25,993 nucleotides of DNA from a virus (lineage: Duplodnaviria > Caudoviricetes), in IMG/VR virus record IMGVR_UViG_3300046817_000266, positions 1-25,993 of that record. One strand, given 5' to 3'. Under the pieces are notes generated by a model. The model was not told the origin of the DNA, searched no databases, and saw only the letters and a program-made list of their open reading frames with translations. A program made the translations under genes and the position numbers. Each line of letters begins with the position of its first letter. Within the stretch, counting starts at the first letter, position 1. Of this stretch, positions 1 to 8,146 are shown piece after piece.

Positions 1-31
1 CCCATGCCCCCCATCCCCCCATGACGGTATT

Positions 32-2656
32 TCAGGCAAGTTTCTCGACATACCAACGGACTGAGTGGTGCGTCCCACCATCTTCCTTTAAGAACCGTTT
101 GCCGCCTACCACCCGCCCGACATACCTTCGGAGCCAATATCCCATCCTAGACGTATCGACCTCGGAACCACCACGTGCGGGGAATTGTTCCTTCAGCACG
201 GGGTAGAATCCATCTATGGCCGCATCCCTGACCACGTCCGCTAGTGTTTTGGGGATTGACTGAAACTCATCATACCAGCCGTTCAACACTGTCACTAAAC
301 GTGCGGTTGCAGGATCGTCCTTCGCCGTCTCTGCCATCGTGGCGCAAGGGTCGGCCTCATTAAGATAGACCAGAGGCTCACGCACGAAGCGGCTCCAGGC
401 GCCGTAAGAACCGATCGGAAACACATCGACACCTCGGTCGCCCGCGACATAGAACCGCGCGATGGTCAGCACATCGGCGATGTAGCGGCCGCGATTGTCC
501 CGTGCGGTCTTAAGTGGGTCTTCCCGAAAATGCCGTCGCTCGGGGTTTTCCTGCCCCGCGTCCAGTTCGCACCGGATGGTGCGCCTGCCCTGTTCGTCTA
601 TGATCGCCAGATTGTTGCCGGTCATGTAGATCGTGACCGCGTTCTCGATCTCGACCGCTTCCAGCACGCCGAACAGCCGGATGGTGATCAGTGGTCGCTC
701 GGTCGCCATGTTCAGGATGGGCGTGTCCAGATCGCGGCTGACATTGTCGATCGAGAAGCCCGGGACGCCCGCGATCAGCATCGTGTTGATGCCCTTTTCC
801 ACCTCCTCGTCTTTCTTACCCGTGCCCATCGCGGGGCACGGACGCCCAATCGCAATCGTGCTGCACAGATCGACCAGATGGCTCTTGCCGGTGCCCGGCG
901 CCTTGGCGCTAACCGCCATCAGCGGGCTGACCGGCATGGCACAGCGCAGCACCTGGGTCATCAGCATAGCCAGCGCCACGCTGTGCGACGCTTTGCTCAC
1001 GAACGGGTAGCTGGTCAGCAATGCTTTGAGCCGGAACAACGCATCGACCGCATCATTTCCGGTTGGCACGTCAGGGATGGCAGGCACCTCAAGCCCCTTG
1101 GGGAACATCAGGTAATAACGGCTGATCGGGTCATAGCCCGGTGTGATCAGCAGGGACCCGTCGGGGCGAATTGTCGGGCAGGTCAGCACGCCGCGCACCA
1201 CCGGAAACGGCCAGTCGCCCCGGTTGTGCAGCACGATGTTGACCAGCTTATCGGGCGGGTCACAGGTGACAAAGCCGCCGCCGCCCGCCACCCGACCGTC
1301 CCATTTCTGGTAGATCGCCGATTTCGCCATCAGTTTGAGCAGCGCGGGCGCTGTGAGCGGCACCAGGGCGGCACTATGGGTCACGCTGCCGTCGGCGGCG
1401 GTGTATTGCTGCTCGGTGGGCTGCACCAGCATACTGCGCTGATAGATCGGGGCACCGCTGTCGAGCAGTGCCGCCTGTGCCTCGCGGATCATGCGCGGCA
1501 GTTCACCCGCCCGACAGGTGATCACCGGCAGCGGCGGGTCGTTCCCTGGCCCGTCGGGGTCACCCACGGGCGGCACCTCGGGCGGCCCGCCGTCATCCAC
1601 GACGATAGGCGCCTCGGGCATTGGCGCCCCTGGGGGCGCCCCTGGGGGCGCCTTGACCTCGGGCTGCGCCGCGCCGTTGGTCTTGGCCTTCAGAGTGCTT
1701 GGCCGACGCCAGCCCGGCGATGCCGCCCCCGCCATAGCGAACAGCTTGCCCGCCCCGGTGCGGTCCGGTGGTGACGTCGCATAGTGTTCCCAGCGCGCCA
1801 GAGTGGCGTCAGGGTCGTCTGCCGGATTCTTGGCAGACCAGTCCCGCCACAGCGCCCAGCCCGCCTCCGCGCCCTCAGTGGCGGCGTAGATCGCCAGCCC
1901 TACATTGTTCCAGGCTTCCCAGTCAGGTGGCCCGTCGTTCGGCACCAGCGCCAGCGCCGCCGTGATGTCCATGATTTCGGCGGTTGGCGGCCCGTCGTGG
2001 TCGTGGCCGTTGGCCTTGGGTGCCGCCTTGGGCGGCGCTAGGGGGCGGGCACCGATCAGCGGCACACAGGCATTGAGGAAGGCGTTGATCTGCGCCTCAG
2101 TGACCGCTGTGATCTGTGCCAGATCATGATCCGCTGGCCCGCCTGACAGCCATTGTAGCTCCGCGCCCGAAGGGTGCTGTCCATAGGCGACGAATTGCTG
2201 GCCCTTGCCCAGCACCTCGATCTTACAGCCGTCGCCTGCCAGCGTCAGCTTGGCAGGCTCACCCTCGGCCGCGCGGTAAACCAGCAAGCAGCGCGGCGAG
2301 TTCTCCCGCGATCGGACGATGGTCTCGCCAAGCATGGTGAAGGCAAGCTGAACCGCCTGCTCGATCAGGGCCGCATCGTCAATGTCCAGATCGACAGCCC
2401 GCAACCCATCGCACAGGATGCCGGTGTTCTGCGCCCAGGCAACCACGGACCCCAGATCGATGATTTCTGGCGGGTCCTTCCGTGCGCCGGTCTGCCAGCC
2501 GTTACCATAAGGTCCCTTGCCAGCACGCGGCGGCGTCGGTTTCTTGCCCGGCGGCGGCTGCGGTTCCACGAAGTCCCAGGAATACACCGCCATCGGGCGG
2601 AAGCCGTGTTGCCACACCAGCGAGCGCAGCGCCGCGATCGGGTGCACATCGGGCAT
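32..2656 (-). CDS. Phage primase-polymerase with PriCT-2 domain and C-terminal P-loop NTPase/helicase-like domain
   Basis: 874 aa. N-terminal Prim-Pol-like motifs (NTGILC, AVDLDID, GQQFVAYGQHPSG), PriCT-2-like segment (DWEAWNNVGLAIY...WRDWSAK...RWEHY), Pro-rich linker, Walker A-like APGTGKS and downstream SIDNV / MTGNN motifs. Confidence 0.85.
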   Translation of the reverse strand: MPDVHPIAALRSLVWQHGFRPMAVYSWDFVEPQPPPGKKPTPPRAGKGPYGNGWQTGARKDPPEIIDLGSVVAWAQNTGILCDGLRAVDLDIDDAALIEQAVQLAFTMLGETIVRSRENSPRCLLVYRAAEGEPAKLTLAGDGCKIEVLGKGQQFVAYGQHPSGAELQWLSGGPADHDLAQITAVTEAQINAFLNACVPLIGARPLAPPKAAPKANGHDHDGPPTAEIMDITAALALVPNDGPPDWEAWNNVGLAIYAATEGAEAGWALWRDWSAKNPADDPDATLARWEHYATSPPDRTGAGKLFAMAGAASPGWRRPSTLKAKTNGAAQPEVKAPPGAPPGAPMPEAPIVVDDGGPPEVPPVGDPDGPGNDPPLPVITCRAGELPRMIREAQAALLDSGAPIYQRSMLVQPTEQQYTAADGSVTHSAALVPLTAPALLKLMAKSAIYQKWDGRVAGGGGFVTCDPPDKLVNIVLHNRGDWPFPVVRGVLTCPTIRPDGSLLITPGYDPISRYYLMFPKGLEVPAIPDVPTGNDAVDALFRLKALLTSYPFVSKASHSVALAMLMTQVLRCAMPVSPLMAVSAKAPGTGKSHLVDLCSTIAIGRPCPAMGTGKKDEEVEKGINTMLIAGVPGFSIDNVSRDLDTPILNMATERPLITIRLFGVLEAVEIENAVTIYMTGNNLAIIDEQGRRTIRCELDAGQENPERRHFREDPLKTARDNRGRYIADVLTIARFYVAGDRGVDVFPIGSYGAWSRFVREPLVYLNEADPCATMAETAKDDPATARLVTVLNGWYDEFQSIPKTLADVVRDAAIDGFYPVLKEQFPARGGSEVDTSRMGYWLRRYVGRVVGGKRFLKEDGGTHHSVRWYVEKLA
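1623..1652. repeat. 12-bp tandem repeat (GGCGCCCCTGGG x2.5) in the primase linker
   Basis: Read directly; encodes APPG-APPG-AP in the Pro-rich linker. Confidence 0.8.
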
Positions 2657-2755
2657 CTAACTGCCCCTCGGCGCACACACCTCCCGAGGCCGTCGATAGC
2701 GGGCAGCAATCAATCGGGCATCAATGATAGGTGACGGATATGGAAATCCGGGCAT
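2657..2755 (-). CDS. Putative 32-aa leader peptide (uORF) abutting the primase start
   Basis: Not in ORF track. MPGFPYPSPIIDARLIAARYRRPREVCAPRGS*, preceded by AAGGGAGGAGCGAGGT; its TAG is immediately followed by the primase ATG. Confidence 0.5.
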   Translation of the reverse strand: MPGFPYPSPIIDARLIAARYRRPREVCAPRGS

Positions 2756-2863
2756 GCGACCTCGCTCCTCCCTTGCGTTCGGGTCGCGGATAGGGCAGAA
2801 AACCGTTGCGACTTCCTTCTGCACTATGACGACCGAACCGCGTCAGGGCGGTTTTCTGATTGG

Positions 2864-2904
2864 CAGCAATACCGCCCCCGATCTGGCAGTCGGGGGCGTT
2901 GCTG
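2864..2904. promoter_or_regulatory. Strong stem-loop upstream of the primase
   Basis: CAGCAA-tac-CGCCCCCGA / TCGGGGGCG-TTGCTG inverted repeat; no clear U-tract, function unknown. Confidence 0.55.
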
Positions 2905-2995
2905 TATCTGGCAAGGCTAGACCGTCGGGCGGCTAACTACCAGACGCACCTAGTGTCATTCCGCTTTGAAACGGTCCCCCGATACACCCACAGGC

Positions 2996-3214
2996 TCAAT
3001 GCAGGAACGCGTGGTCCTCGGGGCTATCGTCATCCTCATCGTCAGCCGCGCGCGCCTGGGCGTCCATCATGGCATTGTGGAAAGAGTTGGCGACATGCAG
3101 CGCCAGCGCCGCGATGCAATGCGGGCAATCCTGCAAATGCTGTGATGTGGTCTTGAATTTGACGGTGACCGCGTCGTCGTCCTCAAGCACGTCGATCCTC
3201 AGATGCTGCTTCAT
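2996..3214 (-). CDS. Hypothetical protein (CxxC, acidic C-terminus)
   Basis: Start moved to ATG 3214 (GGAGGT SD, ATGA overlap with the upstream stop); contains CPHC. Confidence 0.65.
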   Translation of the reverse strand: MKQHLRIDVLEDDDAVTVKFKTTSQHLQDCPHCIAALALHVANSFHNAMMDAQARAADDEDDDSPEDHAFLH

Positions 3215-3417
3215 GCGACGACCTCCCGCAACCCGGCGCATTTTAGGCACAGGTTGCGGTCAGGCGCGCCGCGCCGCAACACGATGCCTGCCTCGCGCTG
3301 GGCATGGCGGCCGATCACCACGACATCAGCGCGCCCGCCACAGCGGCAGCGACGCGCGTTGAACGCGCGCGCCAGTTCGGTTCGGTAGGCAATTGCGTCA
3401 CGGTTCAACCGGGCCAT
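3211..3417 (-). CDS. Small putative zinc-binding protein
   Basis: 68 aa, CRCG...CLKC; overlaps both neighbours in operon fashion. Confidence 0.6.
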   Translation of the reverse strand: MARLNRDAIAYRTELARAFNARRCRCGGRADVVVIGRHAQREAGIVLRRGAPDRNLCLKCAGLREVVA

Positions 3418-4289
3418 ACCAAAAACCCATAGCTGAACACCCGGCGAAAATCCTGCACGTTGTCACCGAAATAGAAAAACGCCTGTCCCTGGGTCGGATT
3501 GCTTTCTTTGCCGTCAAGCCCGACAAATTTGATTCGCCCCAGCGTGAAGCAAATTAACGCCGCACGCCGCGCCGCCAACTGAAACCATGCGGTGTCGGTG
3601 TAATTGTGTGTCAGCATAATCGCTTCGGTCACACGTCCCGCGTTGCGCTCATCCACCAGCTTTTCCACAAAGGGCCGAATGTCATCGCGCGCATAGGGTG
3701 GATTGAGCCACACCCGGCCGTGCCAGTCCGGTGCCAGACCATCCTCCGCTTTGGTGTAATATTTTGTCGCCTGCACGATGTCCTGTGCATCGTCGTGGCT
3801 GGCCGGGTCCAGATCGATCTCACCCATCACCGACCGCGCCGCCGCGATGTACTGTTCGGGCGTGAACCACTCGTTCTCACCGGTCCCCATGGCGCGATGG
3901 TTGTCCTCGGGAATCAGCCCCGCCAGCCGATGCGCCCCCAGGATCAGCCGCGAGCGATAGACCGGCGTCTCGGCGAGCCACGTGCGCCAGCGCGACACCG
4001 TTTGCTGGCTGAACCCCCACGCCTCCTCCGCTTGTCTCTTTGAAAACAAACCCGCTTGGGAGTTCGTTCCTGGCCGATGGGCAGCCCGCACCGTCGTGTC
4101 CCAGTTCGCCACGAACGCCGCCTGCTCGGCAATCTTGGCATCGACCGCGTCCTCCAGCTTCGGCCAATCCTTCAGCCGTCGCCATTTGACGATGTCGCCG
4201 TCCAGTTGAGCCAGATTAGCGATCGTCTCGGTTGGATCAAAGACCGTCAGATCACCCGACACAGGGCGCAGCATCACCACATCATTCAT
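3405..4289 (-). CDS. Phage DNA N6-adenine methyltransferase (Dam-like phage family) with N-terminal HTH-like region
   Basis: Motifs EWFTP, IDLDPAS, VWLNPPY, TDTAWF, GRIKF. Start at ATG 4289 favoured (GGGGGA SD) over the track start at 4430, which runs into the divergent gene. Confidence 0.88.
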   Translation of the reverse strand: MNDVVMLRPVSGDLTVFDPTETIANLAQLDGDIVKWRRLKDWPKLEDAVDAKIAEQAAFVANWDTTVRAAHRPGTNSQAGLFSKRQAEEAWGFSQQTVSRWRTWLAETPVYRSRLILGAHRLAGLIPEDNHRAMGTGENEWFTPEQYIAAARSVMGEIDLDPASHDDAQDIVQATKYYTKAEDGLAPDWHGRVWLNPPYARDDIRPFVEKLVDERNAGRVTEAIMLTHNYTDTAWFQLAARRAALICFTLGRIKFVGLDGKESNPTQGQAFFYFGDNVQDFRRVFSYGFLVWPG

Positions 4290-4428
4290 CACTTTTATCC
4301 CCCACAACGCAACTTTATCGCTGGACCGGCGATTTTGCTGCTTGACTCGCATAAAGATTCCGTATTCGGTCCAATTCGCCCGGTCCTGCACGATTTGACC
4401 CGGTCCGGTGTGAAAGGGAGGATATGTC

Positions 4429-5142
4429 ATGAAGGACTACACGGTCCACAACATCCCGCTCGATTTGGTGGACAAGAACCCGCTGAACCCGCGCGGGCGC
4501 GGCGAGGAAGCTGACATCAAGGGTTTGCTGGCGTCGATCAGCGAGATCGGACTCTATTACCCGATCTTGGTGAACAAGAAGGACGACGGCCGCTACATGA
4601 TCATCGAAGGGCATCGCAGGTTTGCCGTCTACAGCTTGAAGAAACTGAAGAACCCCGAGTTCGCCCACGTCCCCGCCCTGGTGATCGAAGTGGGCGCGGA
4701 ATACCTCACGAAAATCTTTCGCGAAATTAACGAAACCAGCAAGAAGCTTACCGGCAAGCAGTGGCTGGAAGTACACGCCCTCGGCGGCGCTGCGGGCGAT
4801 CTGCCGTCGCGGCTGGCGCCCGCCATCTCGGCGCTGGCCGGGTTGTTCAGCCCCGATGAACTGCTCACCATCGCCCGCCGCCAAGGCCCCAGCGTCTACG
4901 GTCTGGCCCGTCGCGTCGGCGAGTTCTGTGGCTACGACCGCACCGACACCGCCGCCATGCGCAAGCTGGTCGCGTGGCTGGTCAACTCGGGCGACAGCGT
5001 CAACGTCCGCGTCTCGATTGATCAGGGTCACACCGACAAGGTCCGCACCGCGATCGAAGGCCGCCAGCGGATCAGTGGCGAAAAGTATCCCGACGGGGAA
5101 CTCGTCGTGGGCGTCATGAAGTCCATGCGCAAGGCCGCCTGA
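4429..5142 (+). CDS. ParB/Srx N-terminal domain protein
   Basis: NPLNPR, LLASISEIGLYYPILV, YMIIEGHRR are ParB-N motifs; strong SD AAAGGGAGG; followed by a hairpin. Confidence 0.85.
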   Translation: MKDYTVHNIPLDLVDKNPLNPRGRGEEADIKGLLASISEIGLYYPILVNKKDDGRYMIIEGHRRFAVYSLKKLKNPEFAHVPALVIEVGAEYLTKIFREINETSKKLTGKQWLEVHALGGAAGDLPSRLAPAISALAGLFSPDELLTIARRQGPSVYGLARRVGEFCGYDRTDTAAMRKLVAWLVNSGDSVNVRVSIDQGHTDKVRTAIEGRQRISGEKYPDGELVVGVMKSMRKAA

Positions 5143-5156
5143 CCACCGCATCAAAC

Positions 5157-5206
5157 GGGGCCGGTGGACCGGCAGATCGCAAACTCTGGTTCACCGGTTC
5201 CTTTCA
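5157..5206 (+). terminator. Probable intrinsic terminator of the ParB-like gene
   Basis: 16-bp stem (5157-5172 / 5186-5201) with four G-U pairs that only pair on the + strand RNA, followed by TTTCA; lies between convergent genes. Confidence 0.6.
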
Positions 5207-5208
5207 TA

Positions 5209-5658
5209 TCACAGCAAGGCGCCCTGCCGAGGATCATTGAACCCACGCCGTTGCGCTGATGGCTTGGGCGCCGCCACCGGCTCGGGCACCGGCTCGACCG
5301 GCGCCTTCGCCTTGGCGCGCTTGCTGGGCTTCGGTCGCGTGTCGCCCTCGCCAAGCAATAACTCCCTGGACCATCCTGGCAGCCCGTAGGCCAACATCAT
5401 CCGCCAATTGCCCTTGCCGTTCTGGCACAGCCGCTTGGCCGCCTTGACGATCAGCCGCTTCTCCAACAGCGGGATCGCACGCGGCGAAAAGCTGTCGCGC
5501 GGATAGCCACAGACCACGGCGATTTCAGTGGTCGTCAGCGGATGCCCGATGCGCCGCAGCGCGGCAATGAACTTGGCTTCCAGATCGGCTGTGTTGACGT
5601 GCGCGGCCGCTGAATGCGACGTGCCTGGATCGGTGCTGCGTGCCCTGCCTGCCATCAT
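5209..5658 (-). CDS. Putative winged-helix DNA-binding phage protein
   Basis: Start at 5658 (GGAGGT SD, ATGA overlap). ARSTDPGTSHSAA N-terminal motif is common in phage proteins, followed by LTTTEIA...SFSPRAIPLLEKRLI (wHTH-like). Confidence 0.65.
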   Translation of the reverse strand: MMAGRARSTDPGTSHSAAAHVNTADLEAKFIAALRRIGHPLTTTEIAVVCGYPRDSFSPRAIPLLEKRLIVKAAKRLCQNGKGNWRMMLAYGLPGWSRELLLGEGDTRPKPSKRAKAKAPVEPVPEPVAAPKPSAQRRGFNDPRQGALL

Positions 5659-6080
5659 ACCACCTCCATCGGGAACACCGTGCGACGCGTGCGTGGCACC
5701 TGCCACACATCGAGATTGGCCAGACACGACCGGGCGTCGATGCACACCGCGATATCGGCACCGGCCAGCCGCGCGGACGCCATCACCGCGCCCTGCGCAT
5801 CGGACAACACACCGTTCGGCCGTTTGATTTCCTGAAAATACGCCTTGGCCCGATACAGGAACATCAGGTCGGGAATGCCCGCGATGATGCCGAGCGTGGT
5901 CCGTGCGCCGGGCGCAATCGCCGCGCTGTTTGAGATATCGTAGGCCCACCACATCACGCCTTGCTTGGACAACCGTCCCGGCAGGCCAATTTCCAGTCGC
6001 AGGCAGTCGGCGATCTGCCGATGCAGGTCCAGTTCCTTTGGTTCCGGTATGGTCAGCTTGAACTGCTGTATCCGTGCCAT
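5655..6080 (-). CDS. VRR-NUC domain nuclease
   Basis: GIIAGIPDLMFL...FQEIKRPNGVLSDAQ PD-(D/E)xK pattern typical of VRR-NUC; start 6080 by TGATG overlap. Confidence 0.85.
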   Translation of the reverse strand: MARIQQFKLTIPEPKELDLHRQIADCLRLEIGLPGRLSKQGVMWWAYDISNSAAIAPGARTTLGIIAGIPDLMFLYRAKAYFQEIKRPNGVLSDAQGAVMASARLAGADIAVCIDARSCLANLDVWQVPRTRRTVFPMEVV

Positions 6081-6277
6081 CACGCCGCCTTGTTGTGTTT
6101 CGCGGCAAACTGAGTCGCTGCCCAATCCATGATCTGGGAACGCGACCGTTGCTCCCGCTCGCAAATCACGTCGATCTGCCGCAACACCTCGCGGTCAATC
6201 GTCATGGTGATCTGCACGCGCTGCCGCTCATGGGAGGAGCGCGGTAGCCCTCGGTTGGGTTTTTTACTGTGTCGCAT
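6080..6277 (-). CDS. Ribbon-helix-helix (CopG/Arc-like) regulator
   Basis: RVQITMTIDREVLRQIDVICEREQRSRSQIMDWA is a typical RHH pattern; first gene of the leftward operon. Confidence 0.8.
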   Translation of the reverse strand: MRHSKKPNRGLPRSSHERQRVQITMTIDREVLRQIDVICEREQRSRSQIMDWAATQFAAKHNKAA

Positions 6278-6283
6278 TTATCC

Positions 6284-6315
6284 ACCTTGCATTTGCCCCG
6301 CGTCCATGTCAAGAC
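6284..6315. promoter_or_regulatory. Overlapping divergent sigma70-like promoters
   Basis: Minus strand: TTGACA (6312-6307)-N17-CAAGGT (6289-6284). Plus strand: TTGCAT (6287-6292)-N17-CAAGAC (6310-6315). Located in the 43-bp gap between divergent operons; the -10 boxes are non-consensus. Confidence 0.55.
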
Positions 6316-6320
6316 GAGCC

Positions 6321-6872
6321 ATGAGCATGACACAGCCCCCATCAGCCTACGTGCTGGAAAAATCCGTATCGTTGTATCAGCAAATCCAGGCAAAGCTGGC
6401 CGACGACCCCTCGATGGACCCCGACGAACTGGCGGCCAAGCTGCCAGCGCTGCCCGAGGATCAGTCCAAGTGGCCGCATCCTTCGGTGCTGCTCCGTCAG
6501 GCGATCGACGCGGAAATCTGGTGCGAGCGGCGCGAGACCGAGGCGGCCAACCTCGCCAAGCGCTACACCGCGCGCAAGAACCGTTATGCCGAGCGCAGCG
6601 ACCACCTCCGCGCTACCATCGTGCAGTTGCTTGACGTGTTGAGCATCACCGCAGCGGAGTCCGAACTGGGTAGCGTCAGCATGGTGAAGGCGCCGCCCAA
6701 GGTGATCGCCGACGTGGACTGGCTGCCGGAAAAATACATCCGCACCACCATCACCCGAGAACCCGACAAGATCGCACTGGCCAAGGATTTGAAAGCGCTG
6801 AAGCCCGACGAAACCATCCCCGGCGCAGAGTTATCAAATCCAGGGTTGGTCGTGAGGATCACGCCGTTCTAA
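6321..6872 (+). CDS. Siphovirus Gp157-like (Gam-related) protein
   Basis: Coiled-coil followed by GSVSMVKAPPKVI..LPEKYIR..EPDKIALAKDLK..IPGAELSN; directly upstream of an annealase, as usual for this family. Start 6321 or 6327. Confidence 0.8.
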   Translation: MSMTQPPSAYVLEKSVSLYQQIQAKLADDPSMDPDELAAKLPALPEDQSKWPHPSVLLRQAIDAEIWCERRETEAANLAKRYTARKNRYAERSDHLRATIVQLLDVLSITAAESELGSVSMVKAPPKVIADVDWLPEKYIRTTITREPDKIALAKDLKALKPDETIPGAELSNPGLVVRITPF

Positions 6873-6893
6873 TTGCCCACAGAGGAAGCTGCC

Positions 6894-7931
6894 ATGAATG
6901 ACGTTGTGCCCACCGGCAACACCCACCCCATGCTGGCGCTGATCCAGCGCGCGGCGGCCGACCCGAATTTCGATACCACGAAGTTTCAGGCGTTGCTGGA
7001 CGCCTATAGCGCCGAACGTAAAGTGCTGGCGCACCGTGCGTTCAACGAGGCGATGACAAGCGCCGCGACCGAGATGCAGCTAGTGCCGAAGGACGCCAAG
7101 AACGATTATCTGCACAGCCGCTACGCCACTTTGCCCGGTATGCTGGGCGTGATCAAACCGGTCACCGCCTACCACGGTCTGGCATTCCGCTTCGGCACCG
7201 CACCGCACCCCGACCCCGATTGGATGACGGTCACCCTGATCCTGTCGCTCGGCGACCACGAGGAAATCACCGCGCTGTCTGGCCCGATCCTGTCGGGCGA
7301 AGGCATCCGGGGTGGCAAAACCCAGATGAACGCTTTGCAGGCGGTCGGCGGCACGGTCACCTACCTGTCGCGGTATTTGCTGGGCATGGTTTTCAGCCTG
7401 ATCCAGCACATGCCCGACATTGCCGCCGACGACGATGGCGGCGATCCGACGCGCGGGCCGCGCCAGTCGCAGCCCGCGTCTCACCCGCCCGCGCAACATG
7501 CCCCGCCGCGCCCGCCACAGCACGCCACAGCGCCTACCACCACCGGCCAGCCCGTTGATGCCACCGCGTGGCTGAAGCGGCTGGACACCCTGTTGGGCGG
7601 CTGCAAGGTGCTGGACGACATTGCCGCCGTGATGGGGCGCGACGCGATCAAAGCGTGGCGCGACGGTGCCAGCCCCGCCGTGCGCGCCGACATCGACGCC
7701 CTGGTCGTCACCCACACCGCCCGCGTGGCGCCACAAGAGTCCACGCCACCCGAATCGACTGCCATGACGGCGTTGCTGAACGAAATCAGCCGCGCCGATC
7801 AGGCGCAACTGGACAGTCTGCTCACCACCCCGTTGTTCAATCAGGCGGTGCTGGGGCTGTCGTTCCCCGAACAGGACCGCATCGACGCCGCGATCAAGGC
7901 ACGCGCCGCTGAACTGGGGGTGGCGACATGA
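6894..7931 (+). CDS. ERF-family single-strand annealing protein
   Basis: KN...SRYATL, QAVGGTVTYLSRYLLGMVF, DDDG motifs; GAGGA SD before ATG 6894; Pro/Gln-rich linker and helical C-terminus. Confidence 0.85.
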   Translation: MNDVVPTGNTHPMLALIQRAAADPNFDTTKFQALLDAYSAERKVLAHRAFNEAMTSAATEMQLVPKDAKNDYLHSRYATLPGMLGVIKPVTAYHGLAFRFGTAPHPDPDWMTVTLILSLGDHEEITALSGPILSGEGIRGGKTQMNALQAVGGTVTYLSRYLLGMVFSLIQHMPDIAADDDGGDPTRGPRQSQPASHPPAQHAPPRPPQHATAPTTTGQPVDATAWLKRLDTLLGGCKVLDDIAAVMGRDAIKAWRDGASPAVRADIDALVVTHTARVAPQESTPPESTAMTALLNEISRADQAQLDSLLTTPLFNQAVLGLSFPEQDRIDAAIKARAAELGVAT

Positions 7932-8146
7932 GCGACCAACGCACACTGACCCCGGAAGAACAGCAGGCCGTCCTCGCCTTGTTTCACGAAGGGGAACGCT
8001 ACATGCCCGACGGCTCGGGTGTGAAGCTGATGGGTTTCTTTACCGCCGATGATCTGCTCGACATCGCCATTGAGTTGGAGGCCATGGCCAAGCAGACCGA
8101 CGCCACCGTGGCCGCGTTCGACTACCTGATGGATGCCACGGCATGA
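7928..8146 (+). CDS. Hypothetical protein
   Basis: 72 aa, ATGA-coupled on both sides. Confidence 0.7.
   Translation: MSDQRTLTPEEQQAVLALFHEGERYMPDGSGVKLMGFFTADDLLDIAIELEAMAKQTDATVAAFDYLMDATA

Noticed and set aside
530-1774. 414-aa + strand ORF opposite the primase
   Set aside because: Antisense shadow of a GC-rich gene with no recognisable motifs; the same applies to 4315-5154, 7080-7946, 18927-19724 and 22209-23084.
4290-4430. N-terminal extension of the methyltransferase given by the ORF track
   Set aside because: Spans the divergent intergenic region and touches the ParB-like start; ATG 4289 has an SD and fits better.
5659-6108. First half of the 299-aa ORF 5209-6108
   Set aside because: Overlaps the VRR-NUC gene in another frame; the real start is at 5658 with SD and ATGA coupling.
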